A stretch of DNA of 64,000 nt, from the NCBI GenBank assembly GCA_903870365.1, contig CAIQCQ010000038.1:7478-71477 (forward strand). Direction: 5' to 3'. This document shows positions 46,467-55,611 of this stretch, piece by piece. The notes below the pieces were generated by a model, which worked only from the letters and a program-made list of their open reading frames with translations, had not been told where the DNA came from and made no database searches. This DNA is from an uncultured bacterium. Its GTDB lineage: Bacteria; Patescibacteriota; Minisyncoccia; Phycocordibacterales; DATDWN01. The translations under genes and the position numbers were made by a program. Position 1 is the stretch's first letter. Each line of letters opens with the position of its first letter.

Positions 46467-47024
46467 TTATTTATTTAAATTCTTCAACGTAGCACGAACT
46501 TTTTCTTCTGTTGTAGTGCCAGAGACCTTTTTCAAAGCTTCACGAGATTCTTTTTCAGAGTAGCCGAGGGCTTTGAGTGCCTCGAGCGCATCACTGTCGT
46601 GTGACTCGAGTTTACCGTCAAAGACATAATCACCAATTTTATCTTTCAGTTCGAGGACGATTTTTTCTGCATTTTTCTTACCGATGCCGGAGACTTTGGT
46701 CAGGTGAGAGCTGTCTTCGGTAGAGATGGCCGTTTTCAGTGTTGATATAGAGGCGACAGAGAGTATCGCCATAGCAGACTTGGGGCCGATACCAGAGACA
46801 GTCAGGAGGAGTTCAAAAAATTCGAGCTCTTGCCTCGTCACAAAACCATAGAGGTCGAGAGCGTTTTCCCGAACAGCGAGGTGTGTGAAAAACTCCTTTT
46901 CTTGATTCGTTTTTGTATCAAGCGAACCACCATTGGTAAAGACTTTGTATCCAACACCGTTTACATCGAGCAAAATACTCTTGATGTCATTGTGAATGAT
47001 TTTTCCGCGGAGGTAGCCGATCAT
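46467..47024 (-). CDS. ruvA: Holliday junction DNA helicase RuvA
   Basis: MIGYLRGKIIHNDIKSILLDVNGVGYKVF OB domain, HhH pairs (SGIGPKSAMAIL, VSGIGKKNAEKIVLEL), C-terminal domain III. Confidence 0.85.
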   Translation of the reverse strand: MIGYLRGKIIHNDIKSILLDVNGVGYKVFTNGGSLDTKTNQEKEFFTHLAVRENALDLYGFVTRQELEFFELLLTVSGIGPKSAMAILSVASISTLKTAISTEDSSHLTKVSGIGKKNAEKIVLELKDKIGDYVFDGKLESHDSDALEALKALGYSEKESREALKKVSGTTTEEKVRATLKNLNK

Positions 47025-47220
47025 GCCTGTATCATACGCTAATTTTTGGAAACGAAAAAGCCGCAACATAAATTATATGTACGGACTGTTTTTTCGCATT
47101 TTTATATGCATTTGAGATACTTCTAATGGTATAGAATTTTCTCATTTTTGTACTATAGATTAGCAATCTTTGTGACAAGACTGTTTCTCTGTATTGCAAC
47201 TACTCCAACAACTATTTGTA

Positions 47221-47886
47221 TCAGCGATACTTCTGGATAAAATCCAAGAGGTCACCGAGAGGGATTTTGGTATCCCAGATCGACTTCTGAGCAGGAACTG
47301 GGGCGAGTACAGGCTGAGGAATAAACCATGGGCGCAGGTCTTGTTGTATCGTTGGTTCAGGCAATTTCACCAGTGTAGCATAATACTTTGCGACAGATAA
47401 ATCCTTGCTTGTGACAGCTAGAAATATCCTTTGACTAGTTCCACTACCAAGAAAAGTTAGTGTGATGATGGTACCACCACCCAGCCAATTATGCCATGTT
47501 AAGGCATAGCGAAGTGCCAGGTCTCTTTTACAGAGAATTTGTTTCGGTAGGGGCCCATCAGGATTTGAGGCTTGGTGTAAATTGAGAGCGTTATTCCAAC
47601 TTTTGTCTAACATTCCTTGAATGTTATGAAATTGTCGAAAAAACTTTTTGCACAAAGGACCCTTTTTTTGTAACCAACCTTCGACCACAACCTTGAGTTT
47701 GTTTGGGTGGAAGGCATTGCCAAGGGGATTAACTACCTGGCAAAAAAGCAACAATGCTTCAGCAGCTGTGGTATCCAACTGTTTAAACGTACCGTAACTA
47801 TACCGCATAGACGTAGAACTCCTTTTTGTTGGGGTTGCCAACGAACTGTCCGGTGATACGTTACCATGATATAAAATATAAGTCAA
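47221..47886 (-). CDS. Hypothetical protein
   Basis: 221 aa, no motif recognised. Confidence 0.35.
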   Translation of the reverse strand: MTYILYHGNVSPDSSLATPTKRSSTSMRYSYGTFKQLDTTAAEALLLFCQVVNPLGNAFHPNKLKVVVEGWLQKKGPLCKKFFRQFHNIQGMLDKSWNNALNLHQASNPDGPLPKQILCKRDLALRYALTWHNWLGGGTIITLTFLGSGTSQRIFLAVTSKDLSVAKYYATLVKLPEPTIQQDLRPWFIPQPVLAPVPAQKSIWDTKIPLGDLLDFIQKYR

Positions 47887-47990
47887 GAAGTGTGCCTGTT
47901 GTCAAACAGAGTTTTTTCTGCTATTGTCTCTTTGTTTCAAATTACATATTATTCTAGATTCTTACTTCAAGACTCTAGCGTCTATCCAAC

Positions 47991-48254
47991 ATGCCAATAA
48001 CAACATCAGCTAAAAAAGCTCTCCGCGGATCAAAACGCAAGCGAGTATTTAATATAAAGAAAAAGGACCAAGTGTCTAAGGTGGTAAAACAGTTCAAGAA
48101 ACTTGTTGCTGACAAAGATATCAAAGGTGCAGAAAAGATGTTTCCTCAGCTCCAGAAAGCTCTTGATAAGGCAACAAAAACAGGATTATTGAAGAAAAAC
48201 ACTAGTTCACGAAAGAAAGAACGATTCTCTGCTATGGTAAAGAAAGGGAAGTAA
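47991..48254 (+). CDS. rpsT: 30S ribosomal protein S20
   Basis: MPITTSAKKALRGSKRKRVFNIKKK...KTGLLKKNTSSRKKERFSAMVKK. Confidence 0.85.
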   Translation: MPITTSAKKALRGSKRKRVFNIKKKDQVSKVVKQFKKLVADKDIKGAEKMFPQLQKALDKATKTGLLKKNTSSRKKERFSAMVKKGK

Positions 48255-48292
48255 GACAGAGAAGCGAGAAGCTCGAGACTTGAAGTTTCTAC

Positions 48293-48321
48293 AAAAAATC
48301 CGGCGGGAGCCGGATTTTTTG
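48293..48321. terminator. Bidirectional rho-independent terminator
   Basis: aaaaaa-TCCGGC-ggga-GCCGGA-tttttt. Confidence 0.65.
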
Positions 48322-48357
48322 TTTTATTATGAAAACCTAACGGTAAATAAAGCTGTA

Positions 48358-50139
48358 TTAGCTGTCTCTTTTTCCGTGCATGAGCATGTCTACTGCATGC
48401 TGTAGTGACCCCGCACGAATTACCTCCCCAGAATTTACAAAAAATATCTCATCAGCATTTTCAATCGTGTTGAGACGATGAGCAATAATAACTTTAGTTG
48501 TGTGTGGTGGAAGTTTTTTTAAGATAGTATCCAGGATCTCTTCTGTCACGGTATCAATATTGGCAGTTGCTTCATCGAGAATGAGGATGTCCGGACGGCG
48601 GAGGACTGCACGCATAAACGCAATAATTTGTCTCTCACCGAGACTGATCGCTTCGCCACCACTCTGCATTGGTGTGTCGAGACTTTTTTCAAAACGAGAA
48701 ATAAGAGAATCAAGATCAGCTTCATGTAATACAGCGAGTAATTCTTCGTTGGAATATTTTGAATATGCGTCATTACCATACAATATGTTGTCTCGTAGTG
48801 TCCCGCTAAAGAGGAACGGTTCTTGGAGAATAAAACCAATCTTTTGTGTTCGTTCGTATGGTTCATATGTTCGAATATCTTGCCCAGAAAGAAAAATAGT
48901 ACCTTTTGTTGGATCATATAATCGTGCCATGAGTGATGCTGTTGTTGTTTTACCACCTCCTGTCGGTCCGACGAGTGCATATGTTTTACCTTGTTCTAAT
49001 GTAAAACTGACATTGTGTAGTATTTCCTCGCCGTCTGGATATCCAAAGTAGACGTCTTTGAATTCGAGTAGAGATTTCTGTGTATCTGTATTGTCATCGT
49101 GTGGAACAACAGTAAGATTTGTTTTCAGAGCAAGGATTTCAGAAATACGATCAAGCGCAGCCAGTGCTGTCTGGAACTGAGTCCATAATGAGGCGATCTC
49201 ACGGAGGGGATTATAAAACTTACTCATATACGAGATAAAACTGACAAGCAGGCCAAGAGTAAAAGCACCTATGGAAATAAGATAAATTCCGTAAGCAAGA
49301 ACAATAAGCTGAGCAACATTTGCAATAAAACCATATAGTGGAGTGAGAAAAACAGTATTAACGATACCTGCTTGTATGGAGGCGTAATAGTTTTTTTGGT
49401 TTGCTTCTTGGAATTTTTCTCGGAAATAGTCACGACGATTAAATGCCACAATAACTTTGAAGTTGTTGATGGACTCTGAAATTTCACCACTCATACCACC
49501 AGTACTCTGTAAACTTGCAAGGTTCACTTTTTTGACGTAGGACGATATTGCTAATGTGAGGATCAGTAAACTAATAGCAGGAACAAGACCAGCCATTCCG
49601 AGCCTCAGATTAATAGAAAGGATAAAAATACCAGCACCAATGATGAGAAATGTATTACCGATAAATTGGACCAGTGCTTGTGAGAGGAATTGATTGAGCT
49701 TATCTGTATCATTGTTGATACGAGAAATAAGGTCGCCTGCTTTGTTTTGATTGAAAAATGCAACAGGAAGTTCTTGGAGTTTATTAAAAACAGAGTTACG
49801 TAGGTTGAACAACACACGCTGACCGACACCACCCATGACTTTTGTTTGGATATAACTGGCAACCAGAGCAAGAAGGTATATACCAAGTAATATAAGGGAA
49901 AATACCGCAACTCCATGATAGTTTTTGGTCAGGACATAATGATCTATGGTGTATCCAATAATGATTGGTGCAATCAGGTTCAGCAGTGAATTCATGAAAA
50001 TAGCACTGAATGCAACAGTCAAGTTTTTTTGTTCACCTTGTAAGAGGGGAAAGAGTTTTGCAACTGAACTCCATATATTTTGTTTTTTCGGAGCATTCAG
50101 GGGTATGTTGTTTGAGCCTGTGTTTAATGTGTAGTTCAT
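48358..50139 (-). CDS. ABC exporter, fused permease-ATPase (MsbA/heterodimeric type), subunit 2
   Basis: 6-TM domain then Walker A GPTGGGKTT, signature LSGGEAISLGERQ, Walker B ILILDEATANID. Confidence 0.85.
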   Translation of the reverse strand: MNYTLNTGSNNIPLNAPKKQNIWSSVAKLFPLLQGEQKNLTVAFSAIFMNSLLNLIAPIIIGYTIDHYVLTKNYHGVAVFSLILLGIYLLALVASYIQTKVMGGVGQRVLFNLRNSVFNKLQELPVAFFNQNKAGDLISRINNDTDKLNQFLSQALVQFIGNTFLIIGAGIFILSINLRLGMAGLVPAISLLILTLAISSYVKKVNLASLQSTGGMSGEISESINNFKVIVAFNRRDYFREKFQEANQKNYYASIQAGIVNTVFLTPLYGFIANVAQLIVLAYGIYLISIGAFTLGLLVSFISYMSKFYNPLREIASLWTQFQTALAALDRISEILALKTNLTVVPHDDNTDTQKSLLEFKDVYFGYPDGEEILHNVSFTLEQGKTYALVGPTGGGKTTTASLMARLYDPTKGTIFLSGQDIRTYEPYERTQKIGFILQEPFLFSGTLRDNILYGNDAYSKYSNEELLAVLHEADLDSLISRFEKSLDTPMQSGGEAISLGERQIIAFMRAVLRRPDILILDEATANIDTVTEEILDTILKKLPPHTTKVIIAHRLNTIENADEIFFVNSGEVIRAGSLQHAVDMLMHGKRDS

Positions 50140-50150
50140 TTTTTTGATGA

Positions 50151-51896
50151 TTACTTTTCATGAGGAGACTCATATGTATGTGTACTTTGTTGTGAATTGT
50201 AAATCTGGACGTATTCCGGAGATGTTTTCATGAGATTTTCATGAGTACCTGTTGCAAGTATTTCTCCTTCCATAAGTAAGACAATTTGATCATAGTGTTC
50301 AACCGCAGTGATCTTTTGTGTGACTGATATGAGGGTGATATCTGGATAATATGCTGCAATATTAGCAAGTATTTTTTCTTCGGTATTTCTATCTACTCGA
50401 GCAGTAAAATCATCAAGTAATAATATATGTGGATTGAGAGCAAGAGCACGAGCAAGCATAATACGTTGCTTTTGTCCTCCAGAAAGTGTTGTACCTCGCT
50501 CGGAAACGACAGATTCTAGTCCATGTGGCAGTGTGGTGATAAATTCACTAAGTTCTGATGTTTTGATCGCTCGATCTAAATTTTCATCACTTATATTTTG
50601 ACCAAAGGCAATATTTTCACGGATACTGAGATTAAACATAACACTGTCCTGAAAAACAAAACCAATATCTGCGTGTAAGTTTTCTTTGTTGTATTCATCT
50701 ACATTTTTCCCGTCAAAGGTGATGATGCCAGAATTTGGTTCAATTAAACCAATCAGCAGGTATAATAGTTGGCTTTTACCACCAGCTGTCGGACCGATGA
50801 TTGCAGTTTTTGTGTGTGGCTGTATGGACAATGATATATTTTTTAGTGCGATTTTGTCACCGTATGCAACAGTGACATCTTTGATGGTAATATTTCCCTT
50901 GAGTCTTTCTGTGATTGTACCAAATTCTTTTTTCTCTTCATGTTCAAGAATGTTGCGTACTCGAGCATATGAGGAACTTGCTTGGGCGATGACATTACTC
51001 ATAAAACCAAGGATGATAATAGGAAATATGAGAATACTAATGTAGCTGTTGAATGCAGCAAAATTTCCCAAGGTCATACTGCCAGCAATAACAAAATGTC
51101 CACCAAGTGTCAGGACTGAAAATATAGCAAGATTTGATATAAAGGTGATGAGGGGGATCATTGTGGCAAAAAGAGATAGTATGCTCATACCAATGTCTTT
51201 TGCTTGGGTATTGGCAGCTTCAAATTTTGTACGTTCGATATTGTTTGAATTGAGTACACGGATAAGTGCAGAGCCAAGAATGCTTTCGTTGATAACTTTA
51301 TTCAGCCAGTCAATCACTTCTCGACTTTTAGTAAAGAGTGTTTTGACTTTACCAAAGACAAAGAAAAATGTGCCGCCGATAAGCGGAATAATAGTCAAAA
51401 CAACAAGAGCAAGTCTCCAGTTTGTTACAAAAAGGAGTGTACTGGCTCCGATGATAAGTACAATAGATGAAATGATGGTAACAATAGCAAGTGAAATATA
51501 ACTTTTGACGGAATCAATGTCTCCGGTCAGGTTAGTCAACAGTTTTGCGGGGGAGATTGTTTGTATGTATCCGTAACTTTGGTGAGATATTTTTGCCGAT
51601 AGTTCTGTACGCATATCTCGAGCGACGCGTTCTGATGCATATGTTTGGATGGTACTTTGAAGTATTGTAAAAATAAGGATAGTGATAGTAGCAAGAGAAA
51701 ACTGCCATATTGTTGTACTGAGCATAAATATTCCAAGTGTATAACTGTCTATGGCATGACCAACTATTTGGGGGATAAGGAGGCTGACAATATTTGGAAT
51801 AATAGTGACACACGTTAATAGAGCGATAATACCTTTGTATGGACCAAGGAGATTGAGGAGACCTTTTTGCTTTTGTTGAGGAAGTGGTGTGGACAT
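50151..51896 (-). CDS. ABC exporter, fused permease-ATPase, subunit 1
   Basis: [36 protein letters not shown]. Confidence 0.85.
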   Translation of the reverse strand: MSTPLPQQKQKGLLNLLGPYKGIIALLTCVTIIPNIVSLLIPQIVGHAIDSYTLGIFMLSTTIWQFSLATITILIFTILQSTIQTYASERVARDMRTELSAKISHQSYGYIQTISPAKLLTNLTGDIDSVKSYISLAIVTIISSIVLIIGASTLLFVTNWRLALVVLTIIPLIGGTFFFVFGKVKTLFTKSREVIDWLNKVINESILGSALIRVLNSNNIERTKFEAANTQAKDIGMSILSLFATMIPLITFISNLAIFSVLTLGGHFVIAGSMTLGNFAAFNSYISILIFPIIILGFMSNVIAQASSSYARVRNILEHEEKKEFGTITERLKGNITIKDVTVAYGDKIALKNISLSIQPHTKTAIIGPTAGGKSQLLYLLIGLIEPNSGIITFDGKNVDEYNKENLHADIGFVFQDSVMFNLSIRENIAFGQNISDENLDRAIKTSELSEFITTLPHGLESVVSERGTTLSGGQKQRIMLARALALNPHILLLDDFTARVDRNTEEKILANIAAYYPDITLISVTQKITAVEHYDQIVLLMEGEILATGTHENLMKTSPEYVQIYNSQQSTHTYESPHEK

Positions 51897-51921
51897 AAGA
51901 TATGCATCATAGCAAATTTTT

Positions 51922-52410
51922 ATGATGGTTTATAGGATCGGTGATGAGAAAATACCTAGCTTTATGGAGATGAACCGTAGTAAACTTAGTTCGTATATGA
52001 AAAAAACCACAAACAATATGTTTGGTACCTCTGTCTGGCGTCATGTCGTTAACTTTTGGACGTTTGCATTATACGTTGCGATTATTATTGATTTTTGTTT
52101 TAGTCACAAGATTGATCTTGTTTTGGGACCAATATCTGCCATCTATATTGGTGCGCTTGCTTTATATAGTGCCGAAAAAGAGTTTGAGCGTTGGCATGAC
52201 TATCATGCTGGTCGTCATCCAGGAGAGATATACGTCATCATCTGGACATTTTTGGTCGTGACATTACTTGGGTTGGAAGTGGTGTATCACTCAAGCTATC
52301 GCATACCAGACGTGGTGTTCTCTACATATGTAGTCGTGATTGGTATCTTGGCCATTACAAAACGCTCAAAGCAAAAATATGACGAGGATCGGGGAGGGAA
52401 GAAAAAGTGA
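51922..52410 (+). CDS. Hypothetical membrane protein
   Basis: Three or four TM helices. Confidence 0.35.
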   Translation: MMVYRIGDEKIPSFMEMNRSKLSSYMKKTTNNMFGTSVWRHVVNFWTFALYVAIIIDFCFSHKIDLVLGPISAIYIGALALYSAEKEFERWHDYHAGRHPGEIYVIIWTFLVVTLLGLEVVYHSSYRIPDVVFSTYVVVIGILAITKRSKQKYDEDRGGKKK

Positions 52411-52448
52411 TTTTTAAAGTGTTTTGTGGTAGTTTTGGTGAGTTAGTA

Positions 52449-52520
52449 TGCAGCCGTCGTTCAATGGATAGGACACTCCCCTGCGAAGGGAGAAATGCAG
52501 GTTCGATTCCTGCTGGTTGC
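52449..52520 (+). tRNA. tRNA-Arg, apparent anticodon GCG
   Basis: GCAGCCG/TGGTTGC acceptor with two G-U pairs, anticodon stem CTCCC/GGGAG, loop CTGCGAA, T-arm GCAGGTTCGATTCCTGC. Confidence 0.65.
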
Positions 52521-52701
52521 ACAAAAAAACAGAAATCGCCACGGGCGGTTTTTGTGCAACCAGAACAAACCAAAGGTTTGTGTCAGGAATCGAACAGATT
52601 AGCGGTGCACGAGCTCAGTAGAGCTTGTCGCTAATCTGGTGCCCAGGATTTTGTTAACGGTTGTATTACAAAATCTGAGGGAGATATTCCTCCTATTGCA
52701 C
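52521..52701 (+). mobile_element. Miniature tRNA-3'-end-associated structured element (copy R), bounded by a degenerate direct repeat of the tRNA-Arg 3' end
   Basis: Immediately 3' of tRNA-Arg; 15-bp hairpin CTGGTTGCACAAAAA/TTTTTGTGCAACCAG; core 88 nt about 86% identical to copy L with compensatory stem changes; ends GAGGGAGATATTCCTCCTATTGCACA versus tRNA GATTCCTGCTGGTTGCACA. Confidence 0.55.
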
Positions 52702-52710
52702 AAAACAAGC

Positions 52711-53214
52711 TTAAAATCCAAACAAAATGAGGAGTTTTTCAAGGAAGGGTTCTGAATGCTTGATCTCGTGGAGATAGACAGAGAGTGCTGTGCGAATGTC
52801 TTCGGCAGGCACATCACCAAGAAGTATAACAATATATGGCATCAGTTTTTTTTCTGATTTGAGGAGGATACGTGGATGAAGTTCGTATTCTTCGATCCAG
52901 AATGATTCAAGACTATTATATGGATAGAGTATTTTATCTACCTGCACACCTTTGTCACTAATTTTTATCTCGTGCATTTCTGGCGGACGACTAGCATACA
53001 GTGATAGTGTAAATGTACCAACGAGGATGAGGATACCGAACAGCACATTACCGAGGACAATAGAAATGATAGAGAGAGTGACTGAAATAATACCAACGAT
53101 CCAATACCAGTCGGTGGTTTTTTCAGTGTGCATGTATTGTGGTGCTGTCCAGGTGATATTCATAAAGTTTTTTGGTATTTTTAGATTTTTACTCACTATG
53201 AATTTTTTGAGCAC
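52711..53214 (-). CDS. Hypothetical membrane protein
   Basis: Two TM helices near the N-terminus. Confidence 0.35.
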   Translation of the reverse strand: MLKKFIVSKNLKIPKNFMNITWTAPQYMHTEKTTDWYWIVGIISVTLSIISIVLGNVLFGILILVGTFTLSLYASRPPEMHEIKISDKGVQVDKILYPYNSLESFWIEEYELHPRILLKSEKKLMPYIVILLGDVPAEDIRTALSVYLHEIKHSEPFLEKLLILFGF

Positions 53215-53437
53215 GAATATTTTTTCGGTGAAAAATTTCTCAGTCTCGCACCGTCGTACTCCGAAGTCTCAAAAAATTTACAGCTTCGACAAATATAAAA
53301 AATATATTATAAACTTTATAATATCACATGAACAGCTTGTGGGGGTGTAAGAGGGAAGGGGTGTGTATATAATGTATGTTGTATGGCAAGGAATATTTGG
53401 AGTATACTAAAACCTAATTATTAAGTAACATATATTT

Positions 53438-53719
53438 ATGATGAATTATTATGACAATGGATATGGTATGCACCACGCATACACATATGGGTACGGACCA
53501 ATGACAAGTTCTTTCTTTTGGCCATTTGCTATTGGTGCAGCTATTGTTGGGGCTGTACTGTTTCTTGCATGGCTTGTATTGCTCGTGTGGGCATTGATTG
53601 ATTTGTTTAAAAACAAACCAGCACACATGACTGCATGGGCTTTTGTGATTATTTTGGGACATGTGATGGGACCGGTGGGGTACTACTTCATTGTCATGCG
53701 CGACCGAATAAAAAAGTAA
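53438..53719 (+). CDS. PLDc_N-like small membrane protein
   Basis: FAIGAAIVGAVLFLAWLVLLVWALIDLF...WAFVIILGHVMGPVGYYFI resembles the cardiolipin-synthase N-terminal domain family. Confidence 0.45.
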   Translation: MMNYYDNGYGMHHAYTYGYGPMTSSFFWPFAIGAAIVGAVLFLAWLVLLVWALIDLFKNKPAHMTAWAFVIILGHVMGPVGYYFIVMRDRIKK

Positions 53720-53779
53720 TTAGATCAACAGTAGCTCGGGTCTTTTTAAACAATCTCATCTGCTACATTTTGAAAATGC

Positions 53780-53840
53780 TCGTCACCGTACTATATGTAC
53801 GGCTCCTCGTATTTTCAAAATGTATCAGCGACCTTGTTTA
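53780..53840. repeat. REP-like long palindrome (second copy of the CTCGTCACCGTAC...GTACGGCTCCTCGT element), probable bidirectional terminator
   Basis: ACATTTTGAAAATG-CTCGTCACCGTAC-tatat-GTACGGCTCCTCGT-ATTTTCAAAATGT between convergent genes. Confidence 0.55.
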
Positions 53841-53961
53841 AAAATCCACCGAGATTCGTAGTCTGGTTTGTGCTTAGTGGTACATCCAGATTATGAAAGC
53901 TTGCTGTATTCAGAATACGAAAACAAAAATCGACTGATGTCGGTTTTTTGTATTGAAAAAA

Positions 53962-54672
53962 TTATGCAAAAAAGACACGGCGGATTTTTTCCACTTCTGA
54001 AAGGACAGAAGCACCTCGTTCGTGGCGTGGGTAAGGGATATCGATAGGAAATGTTTCTGTCAGTGATCCTTTTTTCATCAATACTACATCTTGGGCCAAC
54101 GTCACCGCTTCTTCAATCAAATGCGACACCATAACGATGGTGATTTTCGTCTCGTGCCAAATTTTGAGAATATCGAGATGGAGTTCGTGTGTCATTTTTG
54201 GGTCAAGTGCAGAGAATGGTTCGTCCAGGAGTAGGACTGATGGTTTGACCGCTAATGCACGAGCGATACCCACACGTTGACGCTGACCGCCGGACAATTC
54301 ACGAGGGAATTTATCGGTATATGCACCAAGACCGAGCATGTCGATATATTCACCAGATTTTTTTCGAGCTTCTTTTTTGGTCATACCTTGAGCTTGCAGT
54401 ACGGTCGACACGTTATCAGAGACCGATAACCAAGGAAAAAGAGCACCATTTTGAAAAACCATTGAAATATTTTCTGGTCGCGTGATGGTGCCAGCTGATG
54501 GGGTCTCTAGCCCAGCGATGATTTTTAATACAGTAGATTTACCACAGCCAGATGGACCAATAAGACAAACAAATTGACCTTTTTGAATTGCAACAGAAAA
54601 ATCATGAAGAGCTATTTCTTCGTGTGCAAGATACGTTTTTGTGACATTGTGTAATGAAATAATTGGTTCCAT
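53962..54672 (-). CDS. ABC transporter ATP-binding protein (NitT/TauT-like importer family)
   Basis: GPSGCGKST, LSGGQRQRVGIARAL, LLLDEPFSALD. Confidence 0.85.
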   Translation of the reverse strand: MEPIISLHNVTKTYLAHEEIALHDFSVAIQKGQFVCLIGPSGCGKSTVLKIIAGLETPSAGTITRPENISMVFQNGALFPWLSVSDNVSTVLQAQGMTKKEARKKSGEYIDMLGLGAYTDKFPRELSGGQRQRVGIARALAVKPSVLLLDEPFSALDPKMTHELHLDILKIWHETKITIVMVSHLIEEAVTLAQDVVLMKKGSLTETFPIDIPYPRHERGASVLSEVEKIRRVFFA

Positions 54673-54683
54673 ATATGTAACAT

Positions 54684-55514
54684 TTACTCAAATCGGAATT
54701 GTTCTGCATAGTGTAGTAATTTTTGCCAGACCAAAAAATTCATTATTGCAATAACTATAACCATACCAAGGAGGGCATACATAAAAGAAATAGTTTGACC
54801 TGTTGATATTGATTGAACAAGTAAGCTACCAATACCAAACAAATCTTGTGCGTGTGTACCCCCGGGGATATATGTGTGAAGTACTTCAGCCACAATGACA
54901 ATATTCCACCCTTGAGCCCATGCGAGTAAAGAACCAGTAACTAAATATGGAAAAACAGATGGCAATGCAATTTGGCGAAAGTATTGAAAACCTTTGATGT
55001 GAAAAACATGAGCGGTGGCATTGATATCACTCGGTATGACTTTGAGACCACCAACGAGACTAAAGACCATGTTCCAGACCATGGATAGGAAAATGATAAT
55101 AATGGCTGCACCATCAAGGAAATTAAATTGAATAAAAAATAATACGAGTATGGGGAAAAAAGCTAGGACAGGGACGGATTGAACGATATCAAATAGAGGT
55201 AACAAAACTCGCTCCATTAATGCACTTTTGTGCGCAAGAAATGAAAGAGGAATACTAACTATGAGGGCAAGTAGATATGCTGCGGACAAACGAATGAACG
55301 TATAAATAATAGCCCACGTAATAGTAGAAACAGATGTGCCACCAAGATATGGCATACTAGTATCACCAAGTACCCAGAGAATAAGAAAAATAGATGCCAC
55401 AATAATGAGTGGTACGAGCACAGTAGAATACACACGAGAACTCAGTTTGACCGGATAACTGATACTGAAATGGTGTTTAGTAGAATACGCATGACGATGA
55501 TCTTCTTTGAGCAT
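54684..55514 (-). CDS. ABC transporter permease (binding-protein-dependent type)
   Basis: 6 TM segments; adjacent to and co-oriented with the ATPase. Confidence 0.75.
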   Translation of the reverse strand: MLKEDHRHAYSTKHHFSISYPVKLSSRVYSTVLVPLIIVASIFLILWVLGDTSMPYLGGTSVSTITWAIIYTFIRLSAAYLLALIVSIPLSFLAHKSALMERVLLPLFDIVQSVPVLAFFPILVLFFIQFNFLDGAAIIIIFLSMVWNMVFSLVGGLKVIPSDINATAHVFHIKGFQYFRQIALPSVFPYLVTGSLLAWAQGWNIVIVAEVLHTYIPGGTHAQDLFGIGSLLVQSISTGQTISFMYALLGMVIVIAIMNFLVWQKLLHYAEQFRFE

Positions 55515-55611
55515 AGAAAAATTGTATCACCGCTGTGTTTTTTATGAAAGGTTGTGATGCGGAATAATTAAAAATTTTGTAAGAAAAAAGTCTCATACAC
55601 GTCTTTCTTCT

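Noticed and set aside
52555-52660. Possible additional minus-strand tRNA inside element R (GGAATCGAAC resembles a T-arm)
   Set aside because: No acceptor or T-stem pairing could be built; it appears to be a tRNA-derived fragment within the element.
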